DNA of 62,102 nt, the filler included, from Asterionella formosa (lineage: Eukaryota), in NCBI GenBank assembly GCA_002256025.1. It is 19 parts of 19 records of this genome, joined end to end, with 100 filler letters (N's around TTAATTAATTAA, not from the genome) between each part and the next. Parts side by side here need not be neighbours in the genome. Positions count along the whole stretch, not along the records: positions 22,956 to 26,132 come from NKIB01014394.1; positions 26,233 to 29,409 come from NKIB01014395.1; positions 29,510 to 32,689 come from NKIB01014397.1; positions 32,790 to 35,962 come from NKIB01014398.1; 15 more parts are not named here. One strand, 5' to 3'. The notes beneath the pieces are model-generated. The model was given only the letters and a program-made list of their open reading frames with translations, was not told where the DNA came from and did not search any database. A program made the translations under genes and the position numbers. Shown piece by piece: positions 23,097-35,960 of the stretch; positions within the stretch are counted from its first letter, which is position 1; each line of letters begins with the position of its first letter.

Positions 23097-25721
23097 ATGA
23101 GCACGCTCTTTGGATCAGTAGGCTATGGAGGACGAACAAAGCAGGAGGAGCGAAGCTATATCAACATTTTGGTACTTGGAGATGGTATGTTTTTTTCCTG
23201 TTTTGTTTCTCTGATCTGCAGCTGTCTGGTTTGTTTGGAAACACAGTCTCGTTGAGATGCCACTGCTGACCCTTTAATTCCAATGGTTTAGAGGGTGTTG
23301 GAAAGTCCTCGTTGATATCTACTTATGTCTCGCGATATTTTTCAGAGTTTGTCCCTGGGATCATGACGAACGCTGTCCTTCCGCCCTCTGAATCAGAATC
23401 TAAGTGTATCACACGGATTGTAGACTCACAACAAGGAGACCAAGCCCTGATATCAGAAATAAAGAGCCAAAACCTAGGTTCCGGAGATTCGACGGGCTCG
23501 TTGACTTCTTATATGAACACATCGAAGGGAACATCGTCGGCGTCGAGTGCACCCGCTGCGACACCCAGCATTCGTGTGGATGCCGTCATTCTTGTCTACG
23601 ATTTGAACCGAATTGAAACATTTTATCGACTCGAAAGTCATTGGTTGCCATTGATTGAAAGACGCTACGATGGAGAGGTACGTCTGCTCCTTCCCCCTTG
23701 CAAATGTTTGTATGACACTTTGTTCGTGACATGCCTCACCATGCGTTCCCTTCTTGTTGCTCTGTTCATTACAGATGCCGGTAATTCTGGCAGGAAACAA
23801 GATGGACATCTTGCATCAACAGGATCTCAATGATGAAGAATCCTTAATTCGGAGTCGACAGCAGTTTATCAGTTTAGGTCAGCGCTTTCGGTTTGTTCGA
23901 GAACGAATCAAATGCAGCGCAAGAAACCTAATGGGAGTTACCAAGATCTTCGACAAGGCTCGACAAGCGGTGCTTTATCCGCAGACGCCTATATGTGACC
24001 TTGCCACCTGTCAGCTGACTCCAGCTTGTAAGAATGCATTGACGAGAATTTTTCGTATGTACGATAAGGATCGTGATGGCAAGTTGAGTGTCGATGAATT
24101 AGCGACGTTTCAGATGCAGACATTTGATGTCCCGATTTTTGAGAGCGATCTTTCGAGATGGAAGAAAGTTCTGTCGAGGCAAAATCCAAACGAGCCCGTC
24201 CTCAAAGATGGAAAGTTTAGTCTTGCGAACTTTTTTGCAGTTTTCGATCTTTTTGTTGACAAGAATCGATTGGACTTCCCTTGGGTAGTCCTTAGAAAAT
24301 ACGGGTACGACGATGAGCTGAATCTGAAGATTCCAAAATCGGTTACAGATATCGATAAGTCGAAGGACTGGCGATTGACCAATGCTGCCCAAAAGTTTCT
24401 GAAGGAAATGTTTTTTCAATTTGATGCTGACAATGATGGTCTTTTGAGCGCTGACGATGTTTTGGAAATTTATTCTATCTTTTCGGACCCTGCTTTGCCT
24501 GCTTGGCATCCTGCTCGAGTTTCCATGTTTGATGACTGCTATTCGGTTCCAAAAATCTCCATGAGACGAGGTAACGATACCCCACCTAGTCCAAGGTCCG
24601 AGTCTGAGACGATGGCAATGTCACAGTCACTTTCTGCAAGTGGAATTACAATCTCGTCGTTGCCCAGTATCAGCACAACAGGAACTAGCACACCCATGTC
24701 ATTTCTGGACTGGATGGGTTACTGGCACATGGCCTCTGCAATCGCACCTTCCGAAACCAGGGCAGAGCTCTTTCGATTGGGCCATGTTGAAAAGGCCAGA
24801 CGAAAGGCGTCGAATCGGAAATCTGAGAAGAAACCCTTGTTGCCTGAGACTTCCATGACACTTCGGGTTTATGTAATTGGTAGTGAAGGTTGTGGTAAAA
24901 GTGCGCTGTTGAATGCTCTCTGTGACATGGCAGAGCAAGAATCCACATTTGAACAATCGCCGCTGGAGACTGCACCAACGAAGAAACCGGTGTCATCAAG
25001 TGCGCACGTGAGAATAAAGGCCGAAGGCGAGAGGGAAATTGTGGTTCACCTTGTTTTTACCGAGGTACCGGCTGGTGAAGAACATGTAAAGGAACTCAGT
25101 ATTCAGGCTGGCGTGCATACTAAGCCAAAACATAAACCATTTGACCTGATTGTGTTCGCTTTTGACTGTAATACGGCATCAAGTTTCGCCTATGCTTGCA
25201 AAGTGGAAGAAGAATTGGTAACCGACGAAATTCCACGAGTTTATGTCGCTACCAAAAACGATCATGAGGAGACACCCTCCGCCACCATTGTTTCAGCACA
25301 AGCTCACTGTATGGAACTTGACATTGAAGCACCGTTGCTAACGTCGGTATCAGCGAGAATGCTAGGCGCTGAGAATGAAATTGGTGCGAAGCTTCGCTTT
25401 GAAGTATTGGACAAGTTGGCAAGATGCGCACTTGAAGAAATTGGTGTGCATTCGCTCAAGTCCAAGCCACATGAAGAAAAGAGACGACTGGAGATGGAGG
25501 AGGCCAAACGACAAAAACGTATGTGGGTTGGTGGACTTTTGGGCTTGACCACCGTGTTGGCAGTCGGATATGGTGTATTTATGATGGGTAAAGTAGCAAC
25601 GGCGAAGAAGAGCAACACGCCATGGGGCCTACGATGGGTTCACTCAGCATTTTCAGGTCTTTTTGCTTGGAAGGCTAGTTCCCCTGATCGTTCAATTGAG
25701 ATGCGCCAAAAACTAGGATGA
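23097..25721 (+). CDS. MIRO: Mitochondrial Rho GTPase (Miro/Gem1); introns 23185-23291 and 23678-23774
   Basis: Spliced GDEGVGKSS; GNKMD; EF hands DKDRDGKLSVDE and DADNDGLLSADD; second P-loop GSEGCGKS; ATKND; C-terminal TM anchor. Confidence 0.95.
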
Positions 25722-26425
25722 AGCGGTTGTTGATAGCAACATTTGAATTAGAAAGTTGCGCAAGAACTATGGAGGATATGACTCAACCATCTTTACATAT
25801 TAACAACAATAACAACTACGTAGCTATACTTTGAAGTCAAGTATTTATGAAGTTTGATGGAAGCACTGTTCAATGAGGTAGGTATTTTGAGGACATCATC
25901 TGCTCGGTACTTATAAGTACTCCTTTCAGCCGCTGGTAACTCGTGTAATGTTATCACGATGGCGGAAAAGACCTACAAGATTCAATGTGGTGACAACGAT
26001 GTTGACCTTCAGACCGCTGCTCTGAGGGCATGTCATGGTGTGAATAATAATAGTGCTCCTACGCACATCATTGGTGAAATTCTACCAAAGGTCCCCAATG
26101 TACACTGCCGTGAATGAATTTGACTGAGTTTANNNNNNNNNNNNNNNNNNNNNNNNNNNNNNNNNNNNNNNNNNNNTTAATTAATTAANNNNNNNNNNNN
26201 NNNNNNNNNNNNNNNNNNNNNNNNNNNNNNNNTCATACCCTTAAATTATGTACGTAGCTAAATTCGTCATATTGGGCCACCCAAATAATTAATTTGGGTG
26301 ATCATATTTGACTAGCGTTTTTTTTGTGGCGGCTGTACCAGTAATCGGCGTTGTAGATGAAATGCATTGTTTCATAGATACGAAATTAGTTATCATTTAC
26401 TAACAGCTAGGTATATGTGTTACGG

Positions 26426-27161
26426 TTAGATCTCTTCCATTTCTCCTTCACACTGCATCATATTTCTCCGAACACTACTACCCGTAGTAAGGTAATGTTC
26501 ATAAGGTAGATGAACGTTTTCTTCTCTTGCAGCAGCATGTATTCTGTTCGGCTCCTCAGTATGGTAAGCTCGTTCCCTTTTATTGAAAGCAGAGAAGTTT
26601 CCCGATGTCTCAGCATAGCACTCAATGAAATATTTCTTGAATCTCTTTTTATCGATTCGCTTATACTCGGGAATGTCACTGTCATGGAGATCCTCCATTG
26701 TCACCTGGTAGAATGCTTTATAGTTGTTGTTTGCCTTTAACATCTCTTGGTGTTCTTTGGGAACTGTCAGGTAAGCCATTCCTTGGCGCTTACAATTCAT
26801 GAAACAATCCATGTCCAACGATGATTTCTAATTAACTTGCACCTGGTTCAAAGTAGTGGGTGTTTTAGCCGAACTTTTTGCCTTTTTATAAGCTTTTAAT
26901 AGAACTTCCTGACTTTCCATTCAGTTCATTTTCAGATGGTGTCACATTTCCTTCCATTGTTGGTAGCAAGGCCACATTGGAGAACCGTGGGAAAGAACCA
27001 TCAACACGAATTGGATTTATTTATGGGGTGCTGATTCTTTCAGTTGTTGCTGGTGAAGTGCCCAAAAGATCACTACTTGAAGAGGCTGTGGGATGGATAC
27101 TAGCGGTACTTGGATTTTTTGCCTTCCCCAGGTCGTTTCGCACCCTAATCACTGGTGGCAT
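26426..27161 (-). pseudogene. Decayed ORF of unknown function, probably TE-associated
   Basis: A 130-aa coding-like segment preceded by a stop-interrupted Ser/Thr/Pro-rich segment. Confidence 0.25.
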
Positions 27162-27280
27162 ATAAGCAAGAATTAACCCGCATTAGAATTGCTTGTGATT
27201 ACAATAGTGTTAGCTAGTAAATGAGAATAATACTAATATTAATAATAACAATTCATTTCTTCCCTCCCATTTTAGTCATA

Positions 27281-27560
27281 CATCTAAGACGCCGTTTACG
27301 GCACTTTTTTGAATTTATGTCTAAAGTGACGTATTTATGCTACTTTTTTAAAATATTTTTTTACTTTTCTAAAATATTATGTTACTTTTTTGAAATATTA
27401 TGCTACTTTTTCCCTAATTTATTCGGGTTAAACAAAAATTTATTTCACTTATCGAATAATTATGTGATCACACCAATAATTATGTGTGTTCGTGACAATA
27501 TATGTTGACTAACTAGCCATCGCAACAGTATAAAAGCGAAATTATGCTGCTCCGCCGCAA
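27281..27560 (+). repeat. Dispersed repeat, likely DNA-transposon terminus (copy 1)
   Basis: ta|catcta.gacgcc.ttta.ggcacttttt.gaatttatgtctaaagtgacg...cacttatcgaataattatgtgatca is shared with 35609-35860. Homology starts sharply after TA. Confidence 0.8.
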
Positions 27561-27825
27561 TAATATGCTGCTTTCACCATATAATGAACGAAAGAGTCGC
27601 CAATTCCGATTCACTTATTATTTTTTCCGCTCCGACATATTTCTTTGATCTGAACTGGCAAAGAATAACACATGCAAGAGGAAGATTCACACAGTAGAAT
27701 TCAGCACACGTAGTAGTAGTTGATGTCGTAGACACATTATTAAGTCATTGTTGATTGCAGAGATTACAATAGCCTGCCAGATTGGAAATAAAGCACCGTT
27801 GGTACTCGTTGAGCATCGTTTAGCA

Positions 27826-28336
27826 TTGCATGTCTCTGTAGTGAATCGAAATTGAGATGTGCCACAATGGCCTTCTCCGTTTTGGAGCAGCTACAAATAG
27901 TCTACAGCGATAACTCTAGCAAGTACAATATAGAAAAAGAACCAGAGGATGAGTAGCTGACAACAATTGAATTTGTAAGTTCGTTAAGAAACAGCTGTTG
28001 CATATTTTAAATATTCAATGCGTGTTGCCATAGTGAGTCAAAATTGAGATGTGCCGCAATGGCCGTCTCCTTTTCGGATCGGCTACAAATAGTCTACAGC
28101 GATAACTCTAGCAAGTTAAATATAGAAAAAGAAGCAGAGGATGATTAGCTGACAACAATTAAATTCGTAAAATCGTTAAGAAACAGCTGTTGCATATTTT
28201 AACCTTGCATGTCGCCGTAGTGAGTCAAAATTGAGATGTGCCGCGATGGCCTTCTCCTTTTCGTAGCGGCTACAAATAGTCTACAGGGATAACTCTAGCA
28301 AGTGCAATATAGAAAAAAAAGAAGGATGAGCAGCTG
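27826..28336 (+). repeat. Tandem array A, about 2.7 x ~190 bp
   Basis: gtga.tc.aaattgagatgtgcc at 27841, 28033 and 28220. Confidence 0.95.
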
Positions 28337-29409
28337 TAAATTGGTGGAGAAAGGAGGTATGGAAGTTTTGTTGCCACAGTACTAATGATCAGTCCACAAG
28401 CAACGAATATTTATTTCATATCCTGATGACCAATTGAATCAAAATAAGTTCGTTCTGAGAATATCGATAATCGAAATGCCAGCAATGCTCTTGTGTACAT
28501 CGAATACTATGCTGGATAGAATCGGCCTTACATTGGTGGAGAAAGATGGTTTGAAATACTGGTCATGCAGCAGCCCACAGGAACTGAAATATTACACATC
28601 TTGATGAGCAATTTGATTAATATTTATGTTCGTTCTGAGAATATCGATATTCAAAATGACGGCACTCATCTCGTGTACATCGAATACTATGCTGGATATA
28701 AATCGGCCTTATATTGGTGGAGAAAGATGGTTTGGAATTTTTGCAACCACAGCACTGATGATCAGTCCACAAGCATCCGAAAATTTTACTCATCCTGATG
28801 CCTCCATTGATCAATATATAGTCGTTCTGAGAATATCGAAATTGTTCATGACGAATATGACGACTTTGATCTCGTGTACATCGAAAACTTTGCTTGATAG
28901 AAATCGGTCTTAAATTGGTGAAGAAAGATGGTTTGGAATACTGGTCATGCAGCAGTCCACAAGAACCGAAATTTTAAACATCTTGATGACCAATTTGATC
29001 AATATTTATGTTCGTTCTGAGAATATCGATATTCAAAATGACGGCACTTATCTCGTGTACATCAAATACTATGCTGGATAAAAATCGGCCTTATATTGGT
29101 GGCGAAAGATGGTTTGGAATTTTTGCAACCACAGCACTGATGTTCAGTCCACAGCAAGCACCGAGATTTTACAAACCTTCCTGATGACCAATTTAATCAA
29201 TATATGTTCACTCTGAGAATATCGTCATTCTCCGTGACGGTATTGATCTCGTGTACTTCGAATACTTTGCTGGATATAAATCGGCCTTAAATTGGTGGAG
29301 AAAGGAGGTTTGGAATTCTTGTTGCCACAGCACTGATGATCAGTCCACAAGCATCCGAAAATTTTACTCATCCTGATGCCTCCATTGATCAATATATAGT
29401 CGTTCTGAG
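28337..29409 (+). repeat. Tandem array B, at least 5.5 x 181-201 bp with a 382-bp higher-order dimer
   Basis: ttggtgg..aaag anchor at 28341, 28533, 28714, 28915, 29096 and 29292; runs off the contig end. Confidence 0.95.
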
Positions 29410-29509
29410 NNNNNNNNNNNNNNNNNNNNNNNNNNNNNNNNNNNNNNNNNNNNTTAATTAATTAANNNNNNNNNNNNNNNNNNNNNNNNNNNNNNNNNNN
29501 NNNNNNNNN

Positions 29510-29858
29510 GATGAGTCGATCGCACTTCCCTGTGCCATTCAATATAGTTAGTAATCCAGCTTGGTGGTTCCCACCCCTTTAAAGTCCGATTCCAGGGATA
29601 CTCCAAAATGTCGTCCTTTGTGTCCATCACGCCCTTCAGATTCTGAAGGCAATCACTGACTTCGTTATGAGTGGTCAAGCCTTCTTTGGTGACCCCCTGT
29701 ACTGCGAGATAATACTGTAGCTCATGGAAGGGTCGTGTTCCCAATATACAAAGTAATGGAATTAGAAGCGTGATTCTGAAAAGCCACTTGAATGAAGCAC
29801 TCGTCACTCTCTCCTTCTTAACTCTCGGTCCGTCTATGACTATATCGTGTAATGACAT
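29510..29858 (-). CDS. Type II membrane protein N-terminus, possibly a diatom glycosyltransferase-like family
   Basis: TM segment WLFRITLLIPLLCILG followed by PSWITNYIEWHREVR; truncated at the contig edge. Confidence 0.5.
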
Positions 29859-29963
29859 TATCGTCGAAATTCTGGCCGAAAGAGGTGATGAGATGTCTCC
29901 GAGTTTTTGCAATGAAAAGACATGAAGGGGAAGCAAATGATACGATGCAACCGTGTCAAGCTC

Positions 29964-29992
29964 TCTCGTCTCGTCTCGTCTCGTCTCGTCTC
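29964..29992 (+). repeat. (TCTCG)n microsatellite
   Basis: About six units read directly. Confidence 0.9.
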
Positions 29993-30132
29993 AGCCACCG
30001 TATGTATTGTCCATGCAAGTCATGAGTATGGTCATGACTGAGGAAGGCGACGAAAGCAAAGCATCAACCAAGTTCATATCATCTCCCTGAAAAATAGAAG
30101 CCAATTCGCCGAAATGACGATTTGGACATATT

Positions 30133-30232
30133 GGATTTTCACGCCTGTGATCCAATGATGCTAAGATAAATAGAGGTAATACGGATTTTCACGCCTGTGA
30201 TCCAATGATGCTAAGATAAATAGAGGTAATAC
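30133..30232 (+). repeat. Perfect 50-bp tandem duplication
   Basis: ggattttcacgcctgtgatccaatgatgctaagataaatagaggtaatac x2. Confidence 0.95.
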
Positions 30233-32789
30233 GCTGGCGAGCTCGGACAACATTATGTCATATGTACTCATCATCAGACATCTACCGGACACTTACGCTG
30301 ATTTTCGTAGAAATGTTCGGACAGTAGGCCGGTTTTTCAGCCGAAGTCTGAACTTCCGTTCATTCCCATTTCATAATTTAACACGGTATATCTAGTACTA
30401 CTATGTTGAACTTGGAGTGAAGTTTGATCATTTGAGGGAAATACCGGACGAACGGCCGTTTTTTTCTGGTAGCTGTTTTCTCGTGGCATTTTACATATGT
30501 AGTAGTTGTCTTGATGGAATCTGTGTTTATGCACTTCGATGCAAATTATGTAAGTACCGGTATCATGTGTGAATGGGCAATTGTCAACTATCGTACTGGT
30601 ATCTTAGGAACCAGCGTCACCAAGCAAAAAGGCAAGGACTTGGCTGTGGTACATACGTGGTCTCTCACGATAGGGCCCCTTTTGTACCTGGTACCTGGTA
30701 CCATACCATACCATGTACCTACCGGTAGTATACAGCACTTCGATCCAAATTATGGCTTGGTGGCCCCCCCAAAGTACATCAGGTACAAACCGGCCCATTG
30801 TACCAGTAGCTGGTTCTACTTTTGTAAATTTTAGCACAACCTAATATTTGTTTTGAATACATAAAAGTAGAGTCGTCCAAGTTGATGTCGTTCATTTCCT
30901 CTTCATTAAATATATGAATGAACATACCACTTGTTAATAATAAACCATCATGAATCTCTTGACAAATACATGCCACATACACTGAGGAGCCACAGCCTCA
31001 CACTTGATTGCTACACTCACCATGATGATACCTCTGTTTGTCATTGTTTGATCTTCACCATCAACTCCTTGCTATAACTATGATCGACCAGCAATGCCAT
31101 CCTCATTGAGTCTCAGATGTTCTTGGTGACAGGTAGTACCATTCGTTCCATGTTCCATGAGCTTGTTGGAAACTTGCAATTGATTTTCAGTGATAAAGGG
31201 AGAACGAATAGAAAGAAACACGACAAATGGTAACAATACTAACAAGCAAGGCACTGAAGGTAATCCTTGCCCGTCAGCATAAATCCAATGCCCATGTCTG
31301 AACATGAAGAGGCGATTTCTCAGAATTGCCAAAAGCTTGCTGTGGTGAATTCTGTCTACAAGTTTCAACCAAAAAACAAGGAAAGGAGAAAGATATCTAC
31401 AGGTTTCAACGAAAAGTACAAGAAGGATTTGATCCATTTCGAAGTAATTTAAAATGATGCAATTGATAAGAGAGTCTTGGAATTGAGAGGATTGATTTTC
31501 GTGGTGACAAGAGAATGCCTTGCATCAATCAAGGATACAAGATTGATGTTATGGGGAATGTGGGTCCTCCTTTATTGTTTGTTGAAACAGGAACATTTAC
31601 CCACGCAAATTCATTTCTGAAATTGAGTGGGCTCAACATATTTGATGTACCACTATAATTTCTGTTTGTAAACATCTTTGGAGGAAGGAAAAAAGAAAGG
31701 CAACTAAATCTTGAATGCATTGCATTTTGGTCTCAACCAACGGCCATACATACTTTAATATAATTGTTGCGAAGTAGACAAAGAAAGATGGACCAAAGCA
31801 ATGAACATACTTGTTCTCAACCACATATGATTCATAATGCTGCGATATAATTGAACTTATTAATCCTTTCCACTTACTAATGTATGTTATTAATTATATT
31901 CTAGCATTAACTATCTTCCTTGGCAGTTTTGAGGTTCATCAAACTTGTCATGGTTCATTCCTCCTTCTCAGACCAAATGTCCTGTGCATTTTGCTTTGTA
32001 ATTTCAAAATGTTTGTTTGCTTTGCCTTGCCTTGACAACCAATGTTAAAATCGCTCAAAACTAAATTGGAATGAGTGCCCTCGAGGAACCATCATCTCAT
32101 AGTTCCAATTCTTGAACCAGCAGTGATCAAGCAATCCACAAGATCACATTAAGGAACAAAGATAAGAGAAGGTAAGTGATGGCCATTGCAATGGCCGTTG
32201 TGATGACCAAAAACAAGCACTTTTGAGGGATAAATATTTAAAAGGTGACCAGTCAAGATTCTCAAGGCCTGCTTATCCCAATCCAATGGTTATTTGTCTA
32301 ATCTTTGCACTTGGAATGTATTTATGTCAATTCAATGCAGCTGTTGAAAATATTAGTTGTTTAAAGGCCATCACCAAGACAAGAGATTTTGTCCCTTTTT
32401 AACAGGTTTTGAGGATGAGCAGTGATGATGAGCTTCTCGATCCTTGGATGGCAAGAGTATACTCTGCAGTAGTAGACAAAATGGTTGTAAATTATGGTAA
32501 CAATCAGCATTATATATGTCGCCATCCTTCAGTGGAGACTGTAGACATTGCTGGTGTTACTCCTCTGTTGCAAGGAGGAAAAGCATTTATCCATGGGATT
32601 CTAGAGCACTGGTAATAGTTAAGAGGAATAGTGTATGATTTTATGCAGTTACAATGTCCAAATGAATTATTGCTGTTCCATTTTTAATCNNNNNNNNNNN
32701 NNNNNNNNNNNNNNNNNNNNNNNNNNNNNNNNNTTAATTAATTAANNNNNNNNNNNNNNNNNNNNNNNNNNNNNNNNNNNNNNNNNNNN

Positions 32790-33221
32790 GACGAGCTGCA
32801 GCAGCAACAAGAAGCCATAACAAAGACCACCAAAATTACCATAAATGACGGAGGTTCTGACTTGACTGATCGATTCAAGTACAAGGTCAATGCACTCATG
32901 GGAACTTATGATCCTAAATTTGGAAACGACGATGAACATCAAATGGGAAACATTATGAATGCACTGCTCAATTATCCTACTAATTTCACCTTTACTGTGG
33001 TTGCCCGGACCGCCACCTCAACGGCTGTGGTGGACTATGTGGAAGCTACCAAATCGATTATCTCATCAATTTCTGGAGATTCCATAGTAGATTGTGTGGT
33101 AACACCGAGGGGGGAAAGATTTACTAGACTTTCCATCACTGTGATGGTAGAGAGCACAGGTATGATCAAAGCCATCTATGATGCACTGGGTATGATGGAG
33201 GCAACTGTCATGAAGTATTGA
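32790..33221 (+). CDS. DUF493/YbeD-like protein, C-terminal part
   Basis: YPTNFTFTVVAR...PRGERFTRLSITVMVES..MIKAIYDAL fits the YbeD ACT-like pattern. Confidence 0.75.
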   Translation, partial: DELQQQQEAITKTTKITINDGGSDLTDRFKYKVNALMGTYDPKFGNDDEHQMGNIMNALLNYPTNFTFTVVARTATSTAVVDYVEATKSIISSISGDSIVDCVVTPRGERFTRLSITVMVESTGMIKAIYDALGMMEATVMKY

Positions 33222-33330
33222 AGGAACATGGAGTTCATTCAATATTACACATGGGGTGGACTCCTTTTGTTGACTGGAAAATTGACGAGATAGTTAAGTG
33301 GTAGCATTGGATCTGATTTTGATTCGCATT

Positions 33331-34443
33331 TTAGTCCGGCATTCTCGCCATGAGATCCCGAATAGCTTCAAGATCACTAGGGTCTTCGTCATAATTGGAA
33401 AAGCATGCGCGACAAATCACTAACCCTCGTCCACGGCATGAGTTGCAGTCAACTCTCCTATTGTAGGTAAAATAATACCCTTGCCCGTCACAATTTGGAC
33501 ATGGGACACAACGAGTGTCACCACACACTTTGCAGGAATGTTGGGAGGTGACTGCCTTGCTGCTGCTGCTATTAATGTTCCCTAGCACATTCCAAAACCC
33601 TCGCCCTAAATTCCCAACGGCGGGACCACCAAGAAAGTAAACAGGTGCAATCCACAGTGGAAAGTAACCTGTCTCACCAGAATCTGTGTAGTGGTACGCA
33701 CTCAAGGTGGATAAAAGCCCAACTTCAATGAGAGGACCTCCAAGAGCAGTGGCTAGGCTCGTCACTAACCCAGCAAATGTGTTGTCCAAGAGTATAAAAC
33801 CACCTGCTGCCAATACTGACATGGTATTTAATATAGTCGCTCGATCTACACCTGACGCAGCGAGAAAACCACTCAACCAATACTGAAATGTAAAGAACGA
33901 TATTCCAAGAAGAATGGCAGGTGCTGATGGAGCGCGTCGATTTGGTGGAGACTGGAAGATTTCATCTAGTACAATGTACAGCCACCCAATTAGAAATCCG
34001 GCAACACCAAAGAGTCCTGGCACCCACCAAGCAGTCGTCAATACGGGGGTTTGATCCGTCCCCCAAAGAGCCAATTTTATAGGCTGGTCATATTGCAATA
34101 CTCCAAATGCAGAATGATAACTGTCCAAAAAGGGTCCAAGAACAGCTCCACAGAAGATCATGAGAGCCGAGAACTTTAGTGCTCGCTTAGGATCCGATGT
34201 GATAAATGCTGATTTGTCGTCACTTTGCTGATTGGACGACGGTTGCACGTAGCGTACACTACACAATGTGTTTCTTGTTTGTTTCCTCCTTTTCAAGAAG
34301 TTGACATTCGTCATCGCTTTCGATGGTTCCCCTTTTCGCCCTGAAGCCTTGACGTGCAACGAACACAACGAGCAGGGAGAAAACCCATCTATCGCTGATT
34401 GGCAAAGGGCAAGAACCAAAACTACTATTGCAGACCTCCTCAT
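33331..34443 (-). CDS. Plastid-targeted INSIG-like multi-pass membrane protein with C-terminal DnaJ-type zinc finger
   Basis: Signal peptide ending AIDG|F plus basic transit region; LGPFLDSYHS, WWVPGLFGVAG, GGPLIEVGL; CKVCGD..CPNCDGQG..CNSCRGRG..CRAC. Confidence 0.75.
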   Translation of the reverse strand: MRRSAIVVLVLALCQSAIDGFSPCSLCSLHVKASGRKGEPSKAMTNVNFLKRRKQTRNTLCSVRYVQPSSNQQSDDKSAFITSDPKRALKFSALMIFCGAVLGPFLDSYHSAFGVLQYDQPIKLALWGTDQTPVLTTAWWVPGLFGVAGFLIGWLYIVLDEIFQSPPNRRAPSAPAILLGISFFTFQYWLSGFLAASGVDRATILNTMSVLAAGGFILLDNTFAGLVTSLATALGGPLIEVGLLSTLSAYHYTDSGETGYFPLWIAPVYFLGGPAVGNLGRGFWNVLGNINSSSSKAVTSQHSCKVCGDTRCVPCPNCDGQGYYFTYNRRVDCNSCRGRGLVICRACFSNYDEDPSDLEAIRDLMARMPD

Positions 34444-35608
34444 TCCGTCGCATTGTGGTTCAGGTTTTAAGTTTTATGTTGGTGTCATCAGCACACCATC
34501 GCCTCTGTCAAGAATATTAGCTCGATTCACGAGGATCGTGGACTCGATTGTGATCCAACGAGTCGAACCTTGCATTGCCACACCAATCAGCTGTCTAACG
34601 AGATCAAAGATTAAGACTTCTATGGAAATGTTAAGTGGAAATCGAAGAGATTCTTAGAACAACTTTATGGGAAGCAAAGATTCAGGGAAAGGAAACATTA
34701 AGTTTAGCTTATAATTTTAGATTATCAGTTGAGGAAACAGTGTGTAAATTGACAGGAAGGTCAATTAGTTCATCTAGCAGGAAGGCTAGAAGCTGAGCAG
34801 AGAAAAAGTAAGTGGTACCAGGGAGTACTTCTATCACGTAAGAATCTACGTTAAGAGATCCAGCCCACAGGAAGGAGTACAATTTTTTTAAACTCACATC
34901 ATCCTGCTGATGTGTATCTGGATGATACTACTAGTAGTAGTACAGTAATCATCAATTGTATTTAATACTCCGTACAAATTTACCATAAACCGGTATGAAC
35001 ATAGATATAAAATGTACCGTCTTGAAATTTTAAAGGAATTACCAGTAGTTGTATGTAATATCAAATAGTTCTCTCTTGAATTTACAGTCGCATGATTGTG
35101 AAACACAACATGAAAACAGGGAGTTTTGACGTCGGTAAAATAGTGCATATTATTCATGTTATATGTGCATAACCGTAAATTGTTGATTATATCCATTCAA
35201 GAAATTAGGCACCATAAATATTGTTACTATTTCATATATGAAGGTGCATGTCGTAAATGAATTATCCATGAGAACAGGATCTTAGTTGAACTTGAAATGA
35301 ATTATTTCAAAGATCAACTAATTCAGTCTCAAGTTCAAAATTAATGAAAACTTCAAATGAAAGCATTTAAAGCTTCACATAAAACCATTAAAAGGAACCT
35401 TAGTTATTCATGGTAAGAGTGGCATTATTAATTCATGTGAAGTACCACATAATTAACACTCCGACATAGACGATGAAACTCTGAAAGGTGGCTGGGGTAT
35501 TTTGTGGCTTAGATATAATTGACAAGATTGTCATTTAGGTATATTACAAGGCAGGATCTAGGGCATTTCATGTGTGCCAGCATCCCAGCAAGTAGCTCTG
35601 CAGTAATA

Positions 35609-35860
35609 CATCTATAACGCCATTTATGGCACTTTTTCGAATTTATGTCTAAAGTGACGCTTTATGCTACTGTTTTTAAAATATTATGCTACTTCTTTGG
35701 GAATATATTTGGGTCAAACCAAAATTTATGAGTTCTGAAACAAAATTTATGCACTTATCGAATAATTATGTGATCAAACCAATAATTATGTGAGTTTGCA
35801 ACAATATTTTCTTACCAAATAGTCTTCACAATAGTATCATGGCGAAATTGCGTAACTTCA
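35609..35860 (+). repeat. Dispersed repeat, likely DNA-transposon terminus (copy 2)
   Basis: Homologous to 27281-27560 with the same left boundary after TA. Confidence 0.8.
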
Positions 35861-35889
35861 CGGCAATATTAGTCTATGTTTTGACTCAC

Positions 35890-35960
35890 CGGAAAATGGC
35901 TCAGTTGGTTGGGTATGTTGCCTTTGACTTCAAGTTGTGTGGTTCGATTGCTGCAATGCA
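35890..35960 (+). pseudogene. tRNA-like relic (possible Gln-TTG) or SINE head
   Basis: A-box-like TGGCTCAGTTGG at 35897, CTTTGAC loop, B-box-like GGTTCGATT at 35941 with tRNA spacing. Stems pair poorly. Confidence 0.35.

Noticed and set aside
26320..26340. cggctgta / tacagccg (39073) as shared TE termini
   Set aside because: Only 8 bp of identity and on different contigs.
27826..29409. CRISPR-like array
   Set aside because: Whole units are homologous with no unique spacers, there are no cas genes, and the context is eukaryotic.
30830..32689. Possible decayed transposase or zinc-finger gene
   Set aside because: Only scattered Cys and LPP motifs; no family can be supported.
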